A stretch of 36,608 bases of DNA, taken from NCBI GenBank assembly GCA_016618085.1, contig JABLTG010000177.1:1-36608 (forward strand). Direction: 5' to 3'. Below the pieces are notes generated by a model that searched no databases, was not told the DNA's origin, and was given only the letters and a program-made list of their open reading frames with translations. Position numbers and translations under genes: made by a program. Each line of letters opens with the position of its first letter. The first letter of the stretch is position 1. Origin of the DNA: Neovahlkampfia damariscottae (taxonomy: Eukaryota). This document shows, in pieces, positions 33,870 to 36,608 of the stretch.

Positions 33870-34725
33870 TTAATATTTTAAAACTGATCTCAAATCATTA
33901 ATTCTCCAATTATAATCCATGAATTTAATTTGAATTAAATCAATATTTCTATATATATAATCAATATCTTCTTTTGGAACATGTTTTGAAATATAATCGA
34001 TTAATGTTCCATTTACATGTCTTTCAAAATCTTTAGTATACCAATTATAAATTTTTGATAAATGAACTTCATTTGTTTCTTTTACTAATTTATATCCTTT
34101 TGTTTCATCTTTCATCCATTTTGTCATTTGATCATTCATTTGATCATAAAGTTGATCTCCTGTAAAGGCTTCTCTTCTTAAATTTGGACATGAAACAGAA
34201 GCACAAACAACAGAAGCATGAATTAATGGTTTATCATCTGTCATATTTAATAAAATTCTTTTTTCAATATCATCAAGAGAATATTGTTTTTCACGAAGTG
34301 GAATAACTTGTTTGTCCCAAATTTTTTCAAACCAAGTACCCAAATCCCAAATTGACTTGATTTTTATGAATTTTTTTTTAATGATTTACCTTTATAGGCC
34401 AACAAAATTTTCCGAATCTCACAAGACATGGTTTATCTGCAATAACTTTAATTGCCCAAACATTATAAACGTTAATCAAAAAAGCTTGTTTTTCGTTGAA
34501 AGATAAACTTTCCCAATCCCATGTTGATAACAAATTTACATATTCTTTGAATTCATTATCTCTTCTAATTCCTGCATAATTCACAACATTTAAATTAATT
34601 CCTTCAATTTTTCTATTTTCCGTTACATGTCTTTGTAACACATTTGTCCATAATGTATGGTTATACATATTTTGCAACGTGAAGATAAATAAAGTGAAAA
34701 AAATTAAAAAAGAAATCGTCTTCAT
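33870..34725 (-). CDS. Secreted DUF547-domain protein; intron 34356-34389
   Basis: Signal peptide, AFLINVYN, YSLDDIEKRIL, IHASVVCASVSCPNL, LSKIYNWY..DF and YNWRIN. Confidence 0.9.
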
Positions 34726-34845
34726 TGGAAATTGTATTTAGAAGCAATGAACCAATGAAACGGAATTACAATACAATAAAACTATTGGTTAGAAATATGA
34801 CCAATCAAAAACAACCAGAAGAAAAAAAAAAACAAAAAAATACAA
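34726..34845. promoter_or_regulatory. 120-bp bidirectional promoter with clustered CCAAT/ATTGG boxes
   Basis: Boxes at about 34752, 34784 and 34801 between the divergent DUF547 and EF-hand genes. Confidence 0.6.
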
Positions 34846-35267
34846 ATGGGAAATAAGAAAGGAGTAGGAATGTTAAAAGGATTTGATCTTTCAGTTGTAA
34901 AAGATGAAGAATTAGGTGAATTATTTGAAGTTTATGATAACAATAAAAATGGATTGTTAGAAAGAGATGAAGCTTACATTTTCTTGAAAGATTGTTTAAC
35001 TTTTTATTCAAAAAAAGTTCAAGAAGAATTTAAAAAAACTAAAAAAGAACAAGGTGGTATTGTTACAGAAGAAGAAGAAGCAAAGTTTTTGACATCCGTT
35101 GACACTGAAAAAAATTTGAATGATTATTCAAAATCTATGTTTAAAAAAATGGTAGGGAACAATTTAAATTTTTATATTTATAGGACGAAGATGGAAATGG
35201 TACTATTGATAAAGCTGAATTCATTACTTGGTTTAGAAGTTACACTAAAGAACAATTTGGAATTTAA
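34846..35267 (+). CDS. Two-EF-hand calcium-binding protein, possibly N-myristoylated; intron 35152-35183
   Basis: MGNKK start, EF1 DNNKNGLLERDE, and EF2 DEDGNGTIDKAE after splicing. Confidence 0.85.
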
Positions 35268-35533
35268 ACTTGATAAAAATTTGATTTCCAATTTATTTAT
35301 ATTGTCTGTGTTCAGTTTTTTTTTGCTAGATAAAATAAAGATCAAAATTGATTCTTATTCAATTTTTGAAAATTGAGAGCCAAAAATAGATTTTCAAAGA
35401 TTTGACAAATAATTTTACATCTTCAGTATATTATATATGACTTGTTGTGAATTGTTGTTGTTCAAAGTCGTAAGGAATAGATTGACCAAATATTCATTTA
35501 AGAAAAACAATGAATTGAAGAACTCTTTTTTAT

Positions 35534-35872
35534 TTAAAGTATATTCCATTTTCCAGTTCTTCTATATGAATTTAAAGCTCTTCTTACATTTCTTCTCAAT
35601 TTTTCATCTTTATCGTTCCACATTTTCTCCAAAATCAGAACAACTTCAAATTCCCTTTCTTTTGGTGATCCATCACAAAGTGTATGCATCACTTGATATC
35701 TTACTTGATCATCTGGATCATCATACATTTCAAAAACTCTTTCCCAGATTTGATCAATTTCTTTTTGTACTCTACATGGACACATTTCTTTTAATGCTCT
35801 TTTTCTAATTCTCGGATCAGAATCTTTTGTCAGCTCTATGAACGTTTGTAAATCAGTAATATCACTAAACAT
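35534..35872 (-). CDS. Small HEAT-repeat protein
   Basis: DPRIRKRAL, DDPDDQVRYQV and DKDEKLRRNV repeats, with CPC and LCDGSP motifs. Confidence 0.75.
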   Translation of the reverse strand: MFSDITDLQTFIELTKDSDPRIRKRALKEMCPCRVQKEIDQIWERVFEMYDDPDDQVRYQVMHTLCDGSPKEREFEVVLILEKMWNDKDEKLRRNVRRALNSYRRTGKWNIL

Positions 35873-35962
35873 ATTTTATTTTTTTTGACTTTTGTTCTTA
35901 TTTTTGATCTATTTATAATTTTCAAATTCAATTTTGAAATTGACTCAAACTCAAAATTGAAA

Positions 35963-36192
35963 TTACAAATTTTCGAATTTTATTCTATTTACAGTAAATT
36001 GCAATTTTTGAATTGTACCCACCGTGTATTTTGGATCAGCTCCACATAAACCAAATGAAATTACTTTTTTCAATGGTTTTTTCTGCTTACAATAAATTTT
36101 GGGAACTATGACTCTTCCAACAGGTTTAGCTGGAAGACAATGGTATAAACACATTATTTGTGCTCCAAATATGGAAACTGGATACCAATCAA
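35963..36192 (-). pseudogene. Gene fragment with a KKVISFxLxGxxPKYTxG motif
   Basis: The motif resembles the N-terminus of an uncharacterised glycosyltransferase-like family; the ORF ends soon after it. Confidence 0.4.
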
Positions 36193-36213
36193 ATTAAAAT
36201 CCTGTCAAAGTGT

Positions 36214-36335
36214 ACCACCCACTTATAAACTGGCAAAAGTGACCAAAATGATCATTTCCACCAGTCTTGCAATCTACTCAAAATGGAGTAGAAAGGAGTT
36301 GGGTCTCAACGTCAACACCATAAAGGTATTGACTC
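36214..36335 (-). ncRNA. Candidate Fanzor omega-RNA scaffold
   Basis: Four consecutive minus-strand hairpins (36311-36333, 36298-36310, 36273-36292, 36229-36265), two with G-U pairs, overlapping and following the nuclease 3' end. Confidence 0.7.
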
Positions 36336-36608
36336 ATATTTAAAGATTTGATCAATATATTTCTTGCAGCATTCAAATCTCTATCTGCTTTATAGGAACA
36401 ACTTGGGCAGATAAATGTCTTGTTTCCATAAAGTTTTTGATGTATTTTTCCACATTGACCACATGTCTTTGAAGTGTATTCTTCTGTAACTACTTTGAGA
36501 GATAATTCTGGATATTCTTTTAATTTATTCATCAATCTTTGTCTAAAAGAGAAATGTGACCATGTAATTAAATTTCTTGCTGTTTTACTTCTAATCTTCC
36601 TTGCTCTT
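36278..36608 (-). CDS. tnpB: Fanzor2/TnpB-like RNA-guided nuclease, C-terminal part (5' end outside the window)
   Basis: Frame open from the edge: RARKIRSKTARNLITWSHFSFRQRLMNK...VVTEEYTSKTCGQCG...FICPSC...DRDLNAARNIL (Glu, CxxC/CxxC zinc finger, RuvC-III Asp). Confidence 0.93.
   Translation of the reverse strand, partial: RARKIRSKTARNLITWSHFSFRQRLMNKLKEYPELSLKVVTEEYTSKTCGQCGKIHQKLYGNKTFICPSCSYKADRDLNAARNILIKSLNMSQYLYGVDVETQLLSTPF

Larger units (their letters stand above)
36214..36608 (-). mobile_element. Right end of a Fanzor2 (IS607-related) element; the rest lies outside the window
   Basis: Nuclease 3' end plus structured RNA. The boundary is inferred from where the structure ends. Confidence 0.6.

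Noticed and set aside
5905..35808. Short ORFs opposite or inside assigned genes (e.g. 5905-6108, 6784-7158, 8306-8569, 12707-13012, 20307-20606, 28098-28379, 29552-29800, 35437-35808)
   Set aside because: Shadow frames with no motifs, overlapping well-supported genes.
36158..36343. 61-aa plus-strand ORF over the Fanzor 3' end
   Set aside because: GTG start, antisense to the candidate omega-RNA, no motif.
1..36608. Stop-codon reassignment or prokaryotic origin of the window
   Set aside because: Conserved genes translate cleanly in the standard code once short GT-AG introns are removed, and they end at normal stops. Core genes are eukaryotic.

Overview
AT-rich, very gene-dense eukaryotic (protist) genomic DNA. 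About 30 protein genes are separated by short spacers, most with a CCAAT box shortly before the ATG, and are broken by tiny GT-AG introns of about 28-48 nt. Gene content (7TM-RGS, hybrid histidine kinase, Cet1-type triphosphatase, Fanzor2) suggests a heterolobosean or similar amoeba (inference). Recognisable genes: STE24 fragment, PH and RGS proteins, phytochelatin synthase, GNAT, two MGAT-like glycosyltransferases, hybrid histidine kinase, SDR, nucleotidyltransferase, G-protein beta, Cet1, 7TM-RGS, patatin, RBMX2, UBE2H, ZFAND1, DUF599, DUF547, and an 8-intron MED25-like gene that the ORF track misses. Highlights: (1) the 3' end of a Fanzor2/TnpB-like RNA-guided nuclease with an overlapping multi-hairpin candidate omega-RNA at the right edge; (2) two tandem C/D-box snoRNAs with the snR64/SNORD74-type LSU guide; (3) two 5'-truncated genes fused head-to-head at an 18-bp perfect palindrome; (4) a less AT-rich island of interrupted ORFs at about 14.2-16.3 kb. 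All family calls come from motif recognition by eye; no searches were run.
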